From Candidatus Subterrananammoxibius californiae (GTDB taxonomy: Bacteria > Planctomycetota > Brocadiia > Brocadiales > Subterrananammoxibiaceae): DNA of 64,000 nucleotides. The notes beneath the pieces were generated by a model. That model was given only the letters and a program-made list of their open reading frames with translations. It was not told where the DNA came from and did no database searches. Numbering within the stretch: the first letter of the stretch is position 1; the number at the start of each line of letters is the position of its first letter. Below are positions 1 through 9,583 of this stretch, piece after piece. A program made the translations under genes and the position numbers. Location: contig JAURAC010000003.1 of the NCBI GenBank assembly GCA_030586555.1, positions 45,838 to 109,837 of the forward strand, written 5' to 3'.

Positions 1-967
1 CAGCTTCAAATCCCCCCTTCCCACCTTTACTAAAGGGGGGTATAGGGGGGATTCCGAGAGATTTGATAATCATGAGATCGTCTTCATTCTGTGGTCTTGA
101 GTTGTCAAAAACAATTACGGCTATATCTGCAGCTAAAAGCCTGCGTAATGATTCATTGATTGCAAGACCTTCAATTGCATCGTTAGTATTCCTGATTCCT
201 GCTGTGTCTGTTAACTCAAGGGGTATTCCGTCAACGGAGATAATGTCTGTTACGGCATCCCTCGTTGTGCCTGGCTCGTGGTGAACGATAACACGCTCCT
301 TGCCAAGCAGGGCGTTAATAAGGGTTGATTTGCCGGCATTGGGACTGCCTGCAATAGTTACCTTTAGTGGATGAGACAGGGCAATGCCAAATTCAGCAGT
401 CTTAAGCAACCCTTCAATTGCGGAATACGGAATGCGGAATGCGGAATTATTCTGCTTTTGGCATTCCGAAATCCGCAATCCACATTCCGCAATAGCAGTT
501 GATAGCGCCCCTTTGTACTGGTCAAGAAAAACCTTTGCAGCAAGGGTTGTTTTTGCCTTTATGAGTTCCAATAGGGCTTCCTGTTGAGTAGCATCTATTT
601 TATCATTCTCAAAGGATTGAGCGACGAGTTTTTGCCAATCAACCTCAATAGCTCCCTCATCTTTGATGCAATCGAGCACACGACGTGTTGCTAAGATGCC
701 CCCATGGCAATTAATCTGTACAGACGCAAGATTTTGCGTTTCTACACTTCTTGTAACACTTACAATTGCCTCGTCAATGGTTGTACCATTGTCTTCAATC
801 GTACCGTAATAGAGCCTTCCATCCCCGGCTCGGCTTAAATCCTTTATACCTTTGCCCCTGAAAATCTTATTAACGATTTCAATAGAGGATGCGCCGGATA
901 CATGGATGACGCTTATTCCCCCTTCGCCTATGGGGGAGGTAATGGCTGCGAAGGTTCTTTTATTCAT
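1..967 (-). CDS. MnmE/TrmE-like GTPase, short helical domain; 3' end runs off the window
   Basis: Not in the ORF track. Hand translation from ATG 967 is open to base 1: MNKRTFAAITSPIGEGGISVIHVSG..INCHGG..IAGSPNAGKSTLINAL (G1)..PGTTRD (G2)..DTAG (G3). Carries three in-frame repeat inserts. Confidence 0.85.
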   Translation of the reverse strand, partial: MNKRTFAAITSPIGEGGISVIHVSGASSIEIVNKIFRGKGIKDLSRAGDGRLYYGTIEDNGTTIDEAIVSVTRSVETQNLASVQINCHGGILATRRVLDCIKDEGAIEVDWQKLVAQSFENDKIDATQQEALLELIKAKTTLAAKVFLDQYKGALSTAIAECGLRISECQKQNNSAFRIPYSAIEGLLKTAEFGIALSHPLKVTIAGSPNAGKSTLINALLGKERVIVHHEPGTTRDAVTDIISVDGIPLELTDTAGIRNTNDAIEGLAINESLRRLLAADIAVIVFDNSRPQNEDDLMIIKSLGIPPIPPFSKGGKGGFEA

Positions 968-1140
968 CTTAGACAAAACCTCATTAATAGACGTCCATTA
1001 TAATAACCATGTCAAAAGTTTGTCAATACGAATCCTTACCTGCATTTCAAATTCACTTGACCTGGCACACTTTTTTGTTTAATATAAAATAAAACACGCA
1101 TTTGTAACACCCATAGGGTTACCCTTTGTTTATCACATCA

Positions 1141-4100
1141 ATGAAAGATATTCTGAAATTATTACAGCAATCTGATTCGTTTAAGAGACTGAAAGAGGAT
1201 TTAGGCAAGGGCACAAACTGCTGGGCAAGCGGTCTCTGGGGCTCATCCGCTGCTTACCTGCTTTCTGCCATTGCGGAAGATTCATTCATTTCTTACATCT
1301 TACTCATCACCCCGACTGTGGATGATGCTGAGGAAAGTTTTCAAGATATAAATCTCTTTTCTACTGGTAAAGAGCTTCTTTTCCCTGTACGAGAGGATAT
1401 ACCTTCCTCTACAATGGGTGGAATGGAGGATGTGGGGCGGTTAAATGTCTTGCAAATCCTCGCAACAGAGTCGCTATTTCGAGACTCAAGACTCAAGACT
1501 CGGGACTCAAGACTTATAGTAGCGCCGATTCAAGCCCTCTTGCAAGACGTTCCTTCAAGGGAGAACTTGCTTGCCAACTCGCTTGTGGTCAGAAAGGGGG
1601 AGGAATATACATTAGAAAAGGTGCTTGAGTGGGTAAAAGCACAAGATTTTACACGTGTTCCGTTTGTTGAGATGCCCAGGGAATTTAGCCTTCGTGGAGG
1701 TATTCTCGATATATATCCACATTCATCCAGCGTTCCTTATCGAATTGAATTCTTTGGCGACACGATTGAGTCCTTAAGGGAGTTTAATGTAGAGACCCAG
1801 ACTTCTGAAAGGGAAGTAGAGCAATGCCAATTTCTTGGCGTGGTAGATAGCCATACGTCCCAGCGTAATGAAACCCTGCTTGATTATCTTCCCGAAGATA
1901 CATTAATTGTGCTAAAGGAACCACAGGCTATAGAGACAAAGGCAGGAATGATTCACGAATTACCATTGTGTAGCTTTAGCTATGAAACCCTGAAGGGTAA
2001 ATTTCATCGCCATACAAGCCTGAACCTTTCGTGCCTTCCAATTGTAGAAGAATTAAACAGCTATATTTTCAACGTTGCCTCCATAGAACACTTTAAAAAC
2101 GTAGTTAATAAAGAATCATCTTCGAGTATTACTACAATTATAAAAGAACTTTCAGACGTATGCGGTTTAAACGCCCGCACCATCGTGTTCTGCAACAACG
2201 AGGCGGAGAAGCAAAGGCTTCATGAGCTTTTGGAAGACACAGCGCCTCATTTAGAAAAAAGACTCGAATTGCGGATTGGACGTTTGTCCCACGGCTTCCA
2301 GTTCAGGGATATTTCTATTGCGCTTCTTCCTCATCATGAGATTTTCAAGAGATACAAGCAAAGGAGAGAGCCTAAGAAGCCCCTCCCTGGCAGGGCAATT
2401 GACTCATTCCTTGAGCTTGAGAAGGGTGATTACGTTGTTCACGCCGCACACGGGATAGGAAAATTTCTCGGCATTGAAATCCTCGCCCAAAATATTGCCT
2501 GCCCGCCATCTTTTGGGTGGGGCGAGTCCGCCTATCCCTTGGGTGGACTTGAAGAAGAGGGACAGAAGCGAGAGTATCTTATAATAGAATTTGACGAAGG
2601 GACCAAGGTCTACGTACCGGCAACCAGGATTGAGCTTGTGCAAAAATACATTGGCGGTACAGAGCGCATTCCCAGGTTGAGTAAGGTCGGCGGGCAGGCA
2701 TGGGTGAAGAGAAAACAACACGTCGAAAGAGCCGTTACTGACCTTGCAAGCGAACTCCTTCATATCCAGGCTATAAGGAATGCAATGCCTGGCATAGCCT
2801 ATCCACATGATAGTGACTGGCAGCGGGAGTTTGAGGCAGAGTTTATATACCAGGAGACTGAAGACCAGCTCAATGTGGCAGAGGAGATTAAAAAGGACAT
2901 GGAATCACCAAGGCCTATGGACAGGTTAATCTGCGGCGACGTTGGTTATGGCAAGACGGAGCTTGCAATCAGGGCAGCCTTTAAGGCTGTAATGGCTGGC
3001 AAACAGGTTGCTGTGCTTGTCCCAACAACCATCCTTGCACAGCAGCACTACCGCACATTCTCAGAGCGCATGGCAGATTATCCAATTCAGATTAATGTCC
3101 TCAGTAGATTCAAAACACATAAGGAACAAAAAGAAATATTAGAAAGGGCTGAAAAAGGACAGGCAGACATCGTTATAGGGACGCACAGATTAGTGCAAAA
3201 GGACGTCCATTTCAAGGATTTGGGTTTAGTTATAATAGATGAGGAGCAAAGATTTGGTGTAGAACATAAGGAGCGGTTAAAAAGGCTTAGAAGCACGGTG
3301 GACGTTCTTACGCTTACTGCGACTCCTATACCCCGCACGCTTCACATGTCATTACTTGGAATAAGAGACATTTCGACCTTAAACACCCCACCACAGGACA
3401 GGCTCTCCATCTATACCCAGCTCATGCGCTTTGAGCTTGAAAGCATAAGGCAGGCAATCCTTCACGAATTAAACCGCGACGGGCAGGTGTATTTTGTCCA
3501 CAATAGAATATATAATATAGAGCGTATTGCTGAAACACTATCAAAGATTGTCCCGGAGGCAAAGATAGCGGTTGCGCATGGTCAGATGCCTGTGCATATG
3601 CTCGAAAGGCGGATGCTTGAGTTCGTTGATAGGAAATTTGATATACTGGTTTCCACAACAATTATAGAATCCGGGCTTGACATTCCCACCGTTAATACAA
3701 TCTTCATTAACTGTGCAGAGACGTTTGGTCTTGCAGATTTGCATCAATTGCGAGGCCGTGTGGGACGTTACAAACACCGCGCATACGCATATCTTCTAAT
3801 CTCTTCAGACCGCCCGATTACTCCTGAGGCGGAGAAAAGGCTCAAGGCAATAGAAGAGTTTGCGGAACTTGGCGCTGGTTTTAAGATTGCTATGCGTGAC
3901 CTTGAGATTCGCGGGACGGGAAACATACTGGGTACGGAACAGCACGGACATATTGTTGCCGTAGGATATGAGATGTACTGTCGTTTTCTTGAAATGGCTG
4001 TTAAAAGGGCAAAGAATGAGCCTGTAACAGTGCCAATAGACGTTTCAATAGCGCTTAATCTAAATTCATACCTGCCTGACGATTATATCCCTGACAGCAG

Positions 4101-4455
4101 GCAGAAAATGGAAATCTACAGGAAGTTGAATCGTTCAAGTACTGTTGATGAGCTAAATGAAGTCAAGGAGGAATTGAAGGACAGGTTCGGACCCCCTCCG
4201 CTGCCTGTCAAGCATCTGTTTGCCGAGAGTGAGCTACGGATTGCCGCACAGGCGTCAAAGATACAGTCACTCGCACGGGTAAATGGGAAGATTATCCTTC
4301 GATTCTTAGATTTTAAAAAGGTAGAAAGGTATCTTAAACCTCTGAAAAATAGGGTACGCATAATCAACGAAGATACACTCCATCTACATCTTCCACGAAA
4401 AAATATTTCACCAGAAGATACTGTAAATTTTCTTAAGAAAATACTAACACCATGA
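1141..4455 (+). CDS. mfd: Transcription-repair coupling factor
   Basis: UvrB-homology N-terminus, CarD/RID, GDVGYGKT, DEEQ, TATPIPRT, QLRGRVGR, TRCF C-terminus. ATG 1141 preferred over TTG 1126. Confidence 0.97.
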   Translation: MKDILKLLQQSDSFKRLKEDLGKGTNCWASGLWGSSAAYLLSAIAEDSFISYILLITPTVDDAEESFQDINLFSTGKELLFPVREDIPSSTMGGMEDVGRLNVLQILATESLFRDSRLKTRDSRLIVAPIQALLQDVPSRENLLANSLVVRKGEEYTLEKVLEWVKAQDFTRVPFVEMPREFSLRGGILDIYPHSSSVPYRIEFFGDTIESLREFNVETQTSEREVEQCQFLGVVDSHTSQRNETLLDYLPEDTLIVLKEPQAIETKAGMIHELPLCSFSYETLKGKFHRHTSLNLSCLPIVEELNSYIFNVASIEHFKNVVNKESSSSITTIIKELSDVCGLNARTIVFCNNEAEKQRLHELLEDTAPHLEKRLELRIGRLSHGFQFRDISIALLPHHEIFKRYKQRREPKKPLPGRAIDSFLELEKGDYVVHAAHGIGKFLGIEILAQNIACPPSFGWGESAYPLGGLEEEGQKREYLIIEFDEGTKVYVPATRIELVQKYIGGTERIPRLSKVGGQAWVKRKQHVERAVTDLASELLHIQAIRNAMPGIAYPHDSDWQREFEAEFIYQETEDQLNVAEEIKKDMESPRPMDRLICGDVGYGKTELAIRAAFKAVMAGKQVAVLVPTTILAQQHYRTFSERMADYPIQINVLSRFKTHKEQKEILERAEKGQADIVIGTHRLVQKDVHFKDLGLVIIDEEQRFGVEHKERLKRLRSTVDVLTLTATPIPRTLHMSLLGIRDISTLNTPPQDRLSIYTQLMRFELESIRQAILHELNRDGQVYFVHNRIYNIERIAETLSKIVPEAKIAVAHGQMPVHMLERRMLEFVDRKFDILVSTTIIESGLDIPTVNTIFINCAETFGLADLHQLRGRVGRYKHRAYAYLLISSDRPITPEAEKRLKAIEEFAELGAGFKIAMRDLEIRGTGNILGTEQHGHIVAVGYEMYCRFLEMAVKRAKNEPVTVPIDVSIALNLNSYLPDDYIPDSRQKMEIYRKLNRSSTVDELNEVKEELKDRFGPPPLPVKHLFAESELRIAAQASKIQSLARVNGKIILRFLDFKKVERYLKPLKNRVRIINEDTLHLHLPRKNISPEDTVNFLKKILTP

Positions 4456-4570
4456 CAACTTACAACGTATGTAGACAACGAGGTTCGGGTGCCCGCCTTG
4501 CGGGCGCGTTGATTCATTCAACTAACATAAAGTTCGTTGTCTACCATGAACATAAGTAAGGAGGGAGTTA

Positions 4571-5551
4571 ATGCTAAAATTTAGCAATGTAGTTTTGTTA
4601 TGCGGTTTCATAGTGTTTTGCGTGGGTACAAGACCTGCAACTGCCGATAAAGCAGGCGCAATAGTTGCCGTTGTTAATGATGAGATAATAACAGAATACG
4701 ATGTTGCAAAGCGGGCTGCAATTGCAGTTGTAGAGGCAGAAAAAAAATACAGTGGTGCTGAATTAGACCAGATAAAACGTCAACTGGCCCAGGAAGTCAT
4801 TAATGAACTAATTGACCGGAAGGTGCTTGTAATTGAAGCCGAACGTGTCTTTGGCGGCGATGAGTCTAAGAAAGAAGAGATTAATAAGGAGTTGGATTCT
4901 TTCCTTAAAGGAGCCGTCAGAGAGGTAGGTTCTATTAGCAAGTTCTACGAGATTGCAAACAGTCAAGGGATTAATCCTGCCGAAAAGAAGGTGGAATTAC
5001 GGGAGGACTTAATGATTGACAAAATCATGCGTGAGCATGTTTATACAAAGGTGTCCGTACCACCAAAGGATGTCAGAAAATATTATAATGAGCACATTAA
5101 GGAATACCAGGAAGAAAAGAGGGTGAAATTACGACACATACTAATAAAGTTTTCAGGGTATAATACAAAGGAAGATGCAAAATGGATGGCAAAGCAACTG
5201 TTAGGCAGATTGAAGCAAGGTGAGGACTTTGCAACCCTGGCAGAAAATTATTCTCAGGAACCGAGCGCTTTAAGGGGTGGTTTGTGGGATTTCGATGAGG
5301 TTGATAGTTTACGCAAAGAACTAAGGGATGAGGCGTTTCGGATGAAGGATGGCGAGATAAGCCCCATTCTCGAATCGTCGGTTGGCTACCATATAATCAA
5401 GATTGAGGAAAGTAAGCCTACCATAGTACGCAGTTTTCAATCCGTTCAGGAGGAAATCTTCCACAAACTCGAACAAGAGTATTCAAATAATCTAAAAAAA
5501 GCATACATAGAAAGACTGAAACAAAATGTTGTAATAAAGAGGTTTGATTAA
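4571..5551 (+). CDS. SurA/PpiC-type peptidyl-prolyl isomerase, exported
   Basis: Signal peptide, IVAVVNDEIIT SurA N-domain, RHILI..FATLAENYS..GG..GYHIIK parvulin motifs; typical position after mfd. Confidence 0.88.
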   Translation: MLKFSNVVLLCGFIVFCVGTRPATADKAGAIVAVVNDEIITEYDVAKRAAIAVVEAEKKYSGAELDQIKRQLAQEVINELIDRKVLVIEAERVFGGDESKKEEINKELDSFLKGAVREVGSISKFYEIANSQGINPAEKKVELREDLMIDKIMREHVYTKVSVPPKDVRKYYNEHIKEYQEEKRVKLRHILIKFSGYNTKEDAKWMAKQLLGRLKQGEDFATLAENYSQEPSALRGGLWDFDEVDSLRKELRDEAFRMKDGEISPILESSVGYHIIKIEESKPTIVRSFQSVQEEIFHKLEQEYSNNLKKAYIERLKQNVVIKRFD

Positions 5552-5610
5552 AGCTTACAAGCTAACAGGCTTGCAAGCTTGCCAGCTTGTAGGAATTTTA
5601 GCTTGCTTGC

Positions 5611-5654
5611 TAATTATTGACTTCCAAATTACGCATAGTGTCCATAGAATTACC
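5611..5654. repeat. REP/MITE-like palindrome delimiting TA modules, right half (copy 1 of 4)
   Basis: TAATTATTGACTTCCAAATTACGCATAGTGTCCATAGAATTACC matches 6244-6296, 6988-7059 and 28134-28163. Confidence 0.75.
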
Positions 5655-5699
5655 AAATAATAAGCCGTTTTCTGATATATTATCTGTTATAATGATTGA

Positions 5700-6225
<526 letters not shown>

Positions 6226-6243
6226 CTTAGTCGTTAGACGTCT

Positions 6244-6296
6244 AATTCTTGGGACACCGTTACTTAATCATTGACTTTCAAATTACGCATGGTGTC
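6244..6296. repeat. REP/MITE-like palindrome delimiting TA modules (copy 2)
   Basis: GGGACACCGTTACTTAAT-cattgactttca-AATTACGCATGGTGTC with inverted arms. Confidence 0.78.
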
Positions 6297-6364
6297 TTCA
6301 GCACTCTATACAAATTCTTAAAATTTGTATTGATAATGGTATAACCATATGTAATACTTATAAT

Positions 6365-6613
6365 ATGAAAACAGCTATATCAGTGCCAGATGAATTGTTT
6401 AAAAAAATTGAAAAGATAGCAAAGGAGTATAATTACTCCCGAAGTGAACTGTTTACCATTGCCGCCAGAGAATTTATTGAAAAGATAAAATCAAGAAAAT
6501 TGTTAGATGCCATTAATGAGGCATATTCAGATGTTGAAATAGAGGAGGAGACCTCATTAAGGCGAAAAAGTAAAAAATATTATGCTCATAAAATTTTAAA
6601 GGAGAGGTATTGA
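6365..6613 (+). CDS. Ribbon-helix-helix antitoxin (ChpI/MazE-like)
   Basis: MKTAISVPDELF...SRSELF; upstream palindrome ATGGTATAACCAT is a plausible operator. Confidence 0.85.
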   Translation: MKTAISVPDELFKKIEKIAKEYNYSRSELFTIAAREFIEKIKSRKLLDAINEAYSDVEIEEETSLRRKSKKYYAHKILKERY

Positions 6614-6963
6614 ATATTAAACAAGGGGATATTTGCTGGATTGATTTAGGTATTCCTAAGGGCTCAGAGCCAGGGTACAGGCATCCCCACGTTGTCGTAC
6701 AAAATAATGTTTTTAATGAAAGCAGGATTAATACGGTAGTAGTTTGTGCAATAACATCTAATCTTAAAAGAGCAAAATCACCTGGTAATGTCCTCCTTAA
6801 GAAAGGCGAGGGTGGACTAAAAAATGATAGTGTAGTAAATATATCTCAGATTATAACTATTGATAAATCCGATATTGAAGAAAAGATTGGTTCCCTGCCA
6901 GTATCAAAGGTCAAGCAGATAATAGAAGGCGTAAAGTTATTAATAGAACCAAGAGAAATTTAA
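6610..6963 (+). CDS. mazF: PemK/MazF-family toxin
   Basis: QGDICWIDLG.PKGSEPGYRHPHVVVQNN...DSVVNISQIITIDK. Confidence 0.92.
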   Translation: MNIKQGDICWIDLGIPKGSEPGYRHPHVVVQNNVFNESRINTVVVCAITSNLKRAKSPGNVLLKKGEGGLKNDSVVNISQIITIDKSDIEEKIGSLPVSKVKQIIEGVKLLIEPREI

Positions 6964-6987
6964 GCTTCCGATAAATGTTTTTTTACG

Positions 6988-7059
6988 AAATCCTGGGACA
7001 CCATGCTTAATTATTAACTTCCAAATTACGTACGGTGTTCACGGAATTACAGAATTACC
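6988..7059. repeat. REP/MITE-like palindrome delimiting TA modules (copy 3)
   Basis: GGGACACCATGCTTAATT..AATTACGTACGGTGTTCACGGAATTAC, followed by a second copy of the 5655-5720 brnT leader. Confidence 0.78.
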
Positions 7060-7117
7060 AAATAATAAGCCGATTGACTGACATATTATCTGATATAATT
7101 ATTGAGGGAAGGCAGAA

Positions 7118-7171
7118 ATGGAATTGGATAAGGATTATAAGTGCGCGTCTTACGACCCGCAGTAAAAGGAG
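7118..7171 (+). pseudogene. brnT remnant with about 200 bp internal deletion, cut by IS110
   Basis: ATGGAATT is joined almost directly to ATAAGGATTATAAGTGCGCGTCTTAC, matching 5712-5719 and 5922-5965. Confidence 0.8.
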
Positions 7172-7189
7172 ATGATATGATAAAAATAG

Positions 7190-7420
7190 TTGGTGATCGT
7201 TCCAGATAAATGTTAGAAAAAGCATTTATCTGGAGTAGATAGGTTATAGGCTGTATTTTAATTTAGGGCAAAGACCCTGTAAAGGAGATTGGTCAAATCT
7301 GCCTATAACCGAAGCGTCACCATATGGCTTGACCCTGAATAGGAGGATGGTGGTCACCGACAAGCAGTCTACTCCAAAAACAATTAACAAGGTATCCTTA
7401 GCCGAAGGCGACGGAATACC
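7190..7420 (+). ncRNA. Candidate IS110 bridge RNA (left non-coding end); boundaries approximate
   Basis: Stems 7231-7239/7368-7376 and 7242-7251/7301-7310; twin motifs GACCCTG-T-AAAGGAG and GACCCTG-A-ATAGGAG match the target flank and the IS right end. Confidence 0.6.
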
Positions 7421-7436
7421 AAGGAGGAGAAAAGCA

Positions 7437-8468
7437 ATGGAAAGGTTTATTGGGGTAGATTTACACAAGAATATGTTCGTAGCCTGTTTTTTAGACACAG
7501 CAAAGGATGAGAAGATTTTCAAGAGTTACAATCTGAGGAAACTGAGTGAGTTTCAGAGGGATTTAAGACGAGACGATGTTTTAGCGGTAGAAACGACAAC
7601 AAACACTCGTTATTTTGTAGAAAAGATAAGGGGGTGTGTAAAAGAGGTAAAGGTCATCAATACCCCGCAGTTCAAGGTAATAAGCAAGTCAATGAAAAAG
7701 ACGGATGAGAAAGATGCCTATGTGATAGCGTCATTTTTGAGCAAGGGAATGGTGCCAGAGATAAGGATGAAAGAGAAGAAAACAGCAGAGCTTGAGAGTT
7801 TGGCTCATACCAGGGATAAATTGGTTAAGTTAAAGATGGCGCTAAAGAACAAGATTCACAACATTCTAAGTTCACAGGGAATCATAACCGAGAGGGAATT
7901 TTTATCCAGTGAAAAAGGCTTAGAAAAGGCATTATCTTACAAGGTTAGTAGCGTGGCTAAAATCGAGCTTGAGGTTATAGTTGAACAGATAAGAAGTTTA
8001 AATGTTGGGATAGCGAAGATAGATAAGGAACTGGTAGAGAAGGGGAAAGAACTTGATGGACATGAGAATATCACGAGCATAAAAGGTGTAGGAGAAAAAA
8101 GCGGGACAATATTACTAAGCGTAATAGGTAATATAAACGACTTTGAGGACGAGAAGAAACTTGCTGCATATTTTGGAATGGTTCCCCGGGTAAACAACTC
8201 AAACGAAACAATAAGACACGGCAGGATAACAAAACAGGGCAATAAATTAGGAAGGACAACATTGGTGCAGTGTACCCTTGTTGCGATAAAGTATTCAGAG
8301 TATCTGAGGTCATTTTATTTGAAGATAAAAGGCAAGAAGGGGTCCAGAAAGGCAATCATAGCAACTGCAAAGAAGTTATCAGGGGTAATATACCACACGT
8401 TAAAGAACAAATGGGTATTTGAAGACTTTTCTAACTTTGTCACTAAAGCTGCTGAAACCTGTTCCTGA
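7437..8468 (+). CDS. IS110 DEDD transposase/recombinase
   Basis: FIGVDLHK, AVE, KTDEKDA, SIKGVG, LAAYFGMVP...S, ITKQGN; AGGAGG before ATG 7437. Confidence 0.95.
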   Translation: MERFIGVDLHKNMFVACFLDTAKDEKIFKSYNLRKLSEFQRDLRRDDVLAVETTTNTRYFVEKIRGCVKEVKVINTPQFKVISKSMKKTDEKDAYVIASFLSKGMVPEIRMKEKKTAELESLAHTRDKLVKLKMALKNKIHNILSSQGIITEREFLSSEKGLEKALSYKVSSVAKIELEVIVEQIRSLNVGIAKIDKELVEKGKELDGHENITSIKGVGEKSGTILLSVIGNINDFEDEKKLAAYFGMVPRVNNSNETIRHGRITKQGNKLGRTTLVQCTLVAIKYSEYLRSFYLKIKGKKGSRKAIIATAKKLSGVIYHTLKNKWVFEDFSNFVTKAAETCS

Positions 8469-8522
8469 CAGGTCAGGAATTAAATTATGGAGTAGATTTT
8501 TATCATAGGAGGAGAGGTAAAA

Positions 8523-8750
8523 ATGGTATGTGATATTTGCGGACAGAAGGACGCATATATTCGTAAAGTTACCGAAACCTATGGCAAAGGCAGAGATTTG
8601 TTGGTAATAGAGAATGTTCCTATGGTTAAATGCCCCCGTTGTGGGGAGAGTTACTTTACAGCCGAAACACTTCACGAGATTGAACGTATCAAACTACATC
8701 GTAAGAACTTCGCTGTTGAACGTCCTGTAAAAGTTGCCGGCTTTGCGTAG
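8523..8750 (+). CDS. YgiT/MqsA-type zinc-finger protein, orphan antitoxin-like
   Basis: CDIC...VIENVPMVKCPRCGESYF. Confidence 0.88.
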   Translation: MVCDICGQKDAYIRKVTETYGKGRDLLVIENVPMVKCPRCGESYFTAETLHEIERIKLHRKNFAVERPVKVAGFA

Positions 8751-8800
8751 CGGAAGGAAGTTCGCTCTTTTTTCCAAATAAGGTAATCAGGTAAAGGCTT

Positions 8801-9583
8801 ATGAAAAAGATAAAGATTGGCGTTGTGCCTTATATGAATGCCAAGCCATTAATTTACGGGTTGGAAAATAATAAGGTAGTTGAACTCCATTTTGATGTCC
8901 CAGCCTTACTCACGGAAATGCTTAGTCGTGAAATGGTAGACGTTGCCCTTGTGCCATCCGTGGAATATTTCAGAGATGGAAACCTCCGCATTATTCCAAA
9001 CATTGCAATCGCTTCAAAAGGGGAGGTTAAAAGCGTAAAACTGCTTGTAAGAAATCATCCCATAAAGAAAGTTGCCTTAGATATAGCATCTAACACCTCT
9101 TGTATCCTCTCAAGAATTGTCATAAGTGAAAGTTATCGCCTTGCGCCTGCACTTATCCCATGGAACCCATCGAAGGAAAGGTTAGATTCACAAGCAGATG
9201 CTTTTCTTGTAATTGGCGATAATGCATTAAAAACAAACAGCAAAAGTCTTTTTACAATAGACCTTGGAAAGGAATGGCAGGAGTTGACCCACCAGCCATT
9301 TGTCTATGCCTTCTGGGCAACTAAAAGGAAGACTAAAATCACGGGCATTAGAGACATATTACAAGAAGCAAAAGCAAAAGGACTCGGTAAACTTGAAGAA
9401 CTATCCGCTGTGGAGGCAAAACGGCTCGGTTTAACCTTTGACGAATGCTTCAATTATTTAAGTAAAAATATTTGTTATGCCCTGGGCGAGGAAGAAATTG
9501 CTGGTCTAAAGACCTTTTATGGATATGCAACAAAGATTGGCTTGGTAAAAGAGGGGATTGATATTGAATTCTATAATGCTTGA
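8801..9583 (+). CDS. mqnA: Chorismate dehydratase (futalosine menaquinone pathway)
   Basis: VPYMNAKPL, GEVKSV, VIGDNAL, DLGKEW..T..PFVYAFW; adjacent to mqnC. Confidence 0.92.
   Translation: MKKIKIGVVPYMNAKPLIYGLENNKVVELHFDVPALLTEMLSREMVDVALVPSVEYFRDGNLRIIPNIAIASKGEVKSVKLLVRNHPIKKVALDIASNTSCILSRIVISESYRLAPALIPWNPSKERLDSQADAFLVIGDNALKTNSKSLFTIDLGKEWQELTHQPFVYAFWATKRKTKITGIRDILQEAKAKGLGKLEELSAVEAKRLGLTFDECFNYLSKNICYALGEEEIAGLKTFYGYATKIGLVKEGIDIEFYNA

Larger units (their letters stand above)
7168..8511 (+). mobile_element. IS110-family insertion sequence
   Basis: GGAG core at both ends (7168-7171, 8508-8511); perfect 12-bp subterminal inverted repeat TATGATAAAAAT 7176-7187 / ATTTTTATCATA 8496-8507; DEDD transposase. 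Confidence 0.85.

Noticed and set aside
63..1082. Three short + strand ORFs (63-284, 384-587, 852-1082)
   Set aside because: Antisense shadows of the minus-strand MnmE-like gene.
7329..7436. 36-aa N-terminal extension of the IS110 transposase
   Set aside because: The DEDD domain begins at ATG 7437 behind AGGAGG; the upstream region is structured and better read as non-coding.
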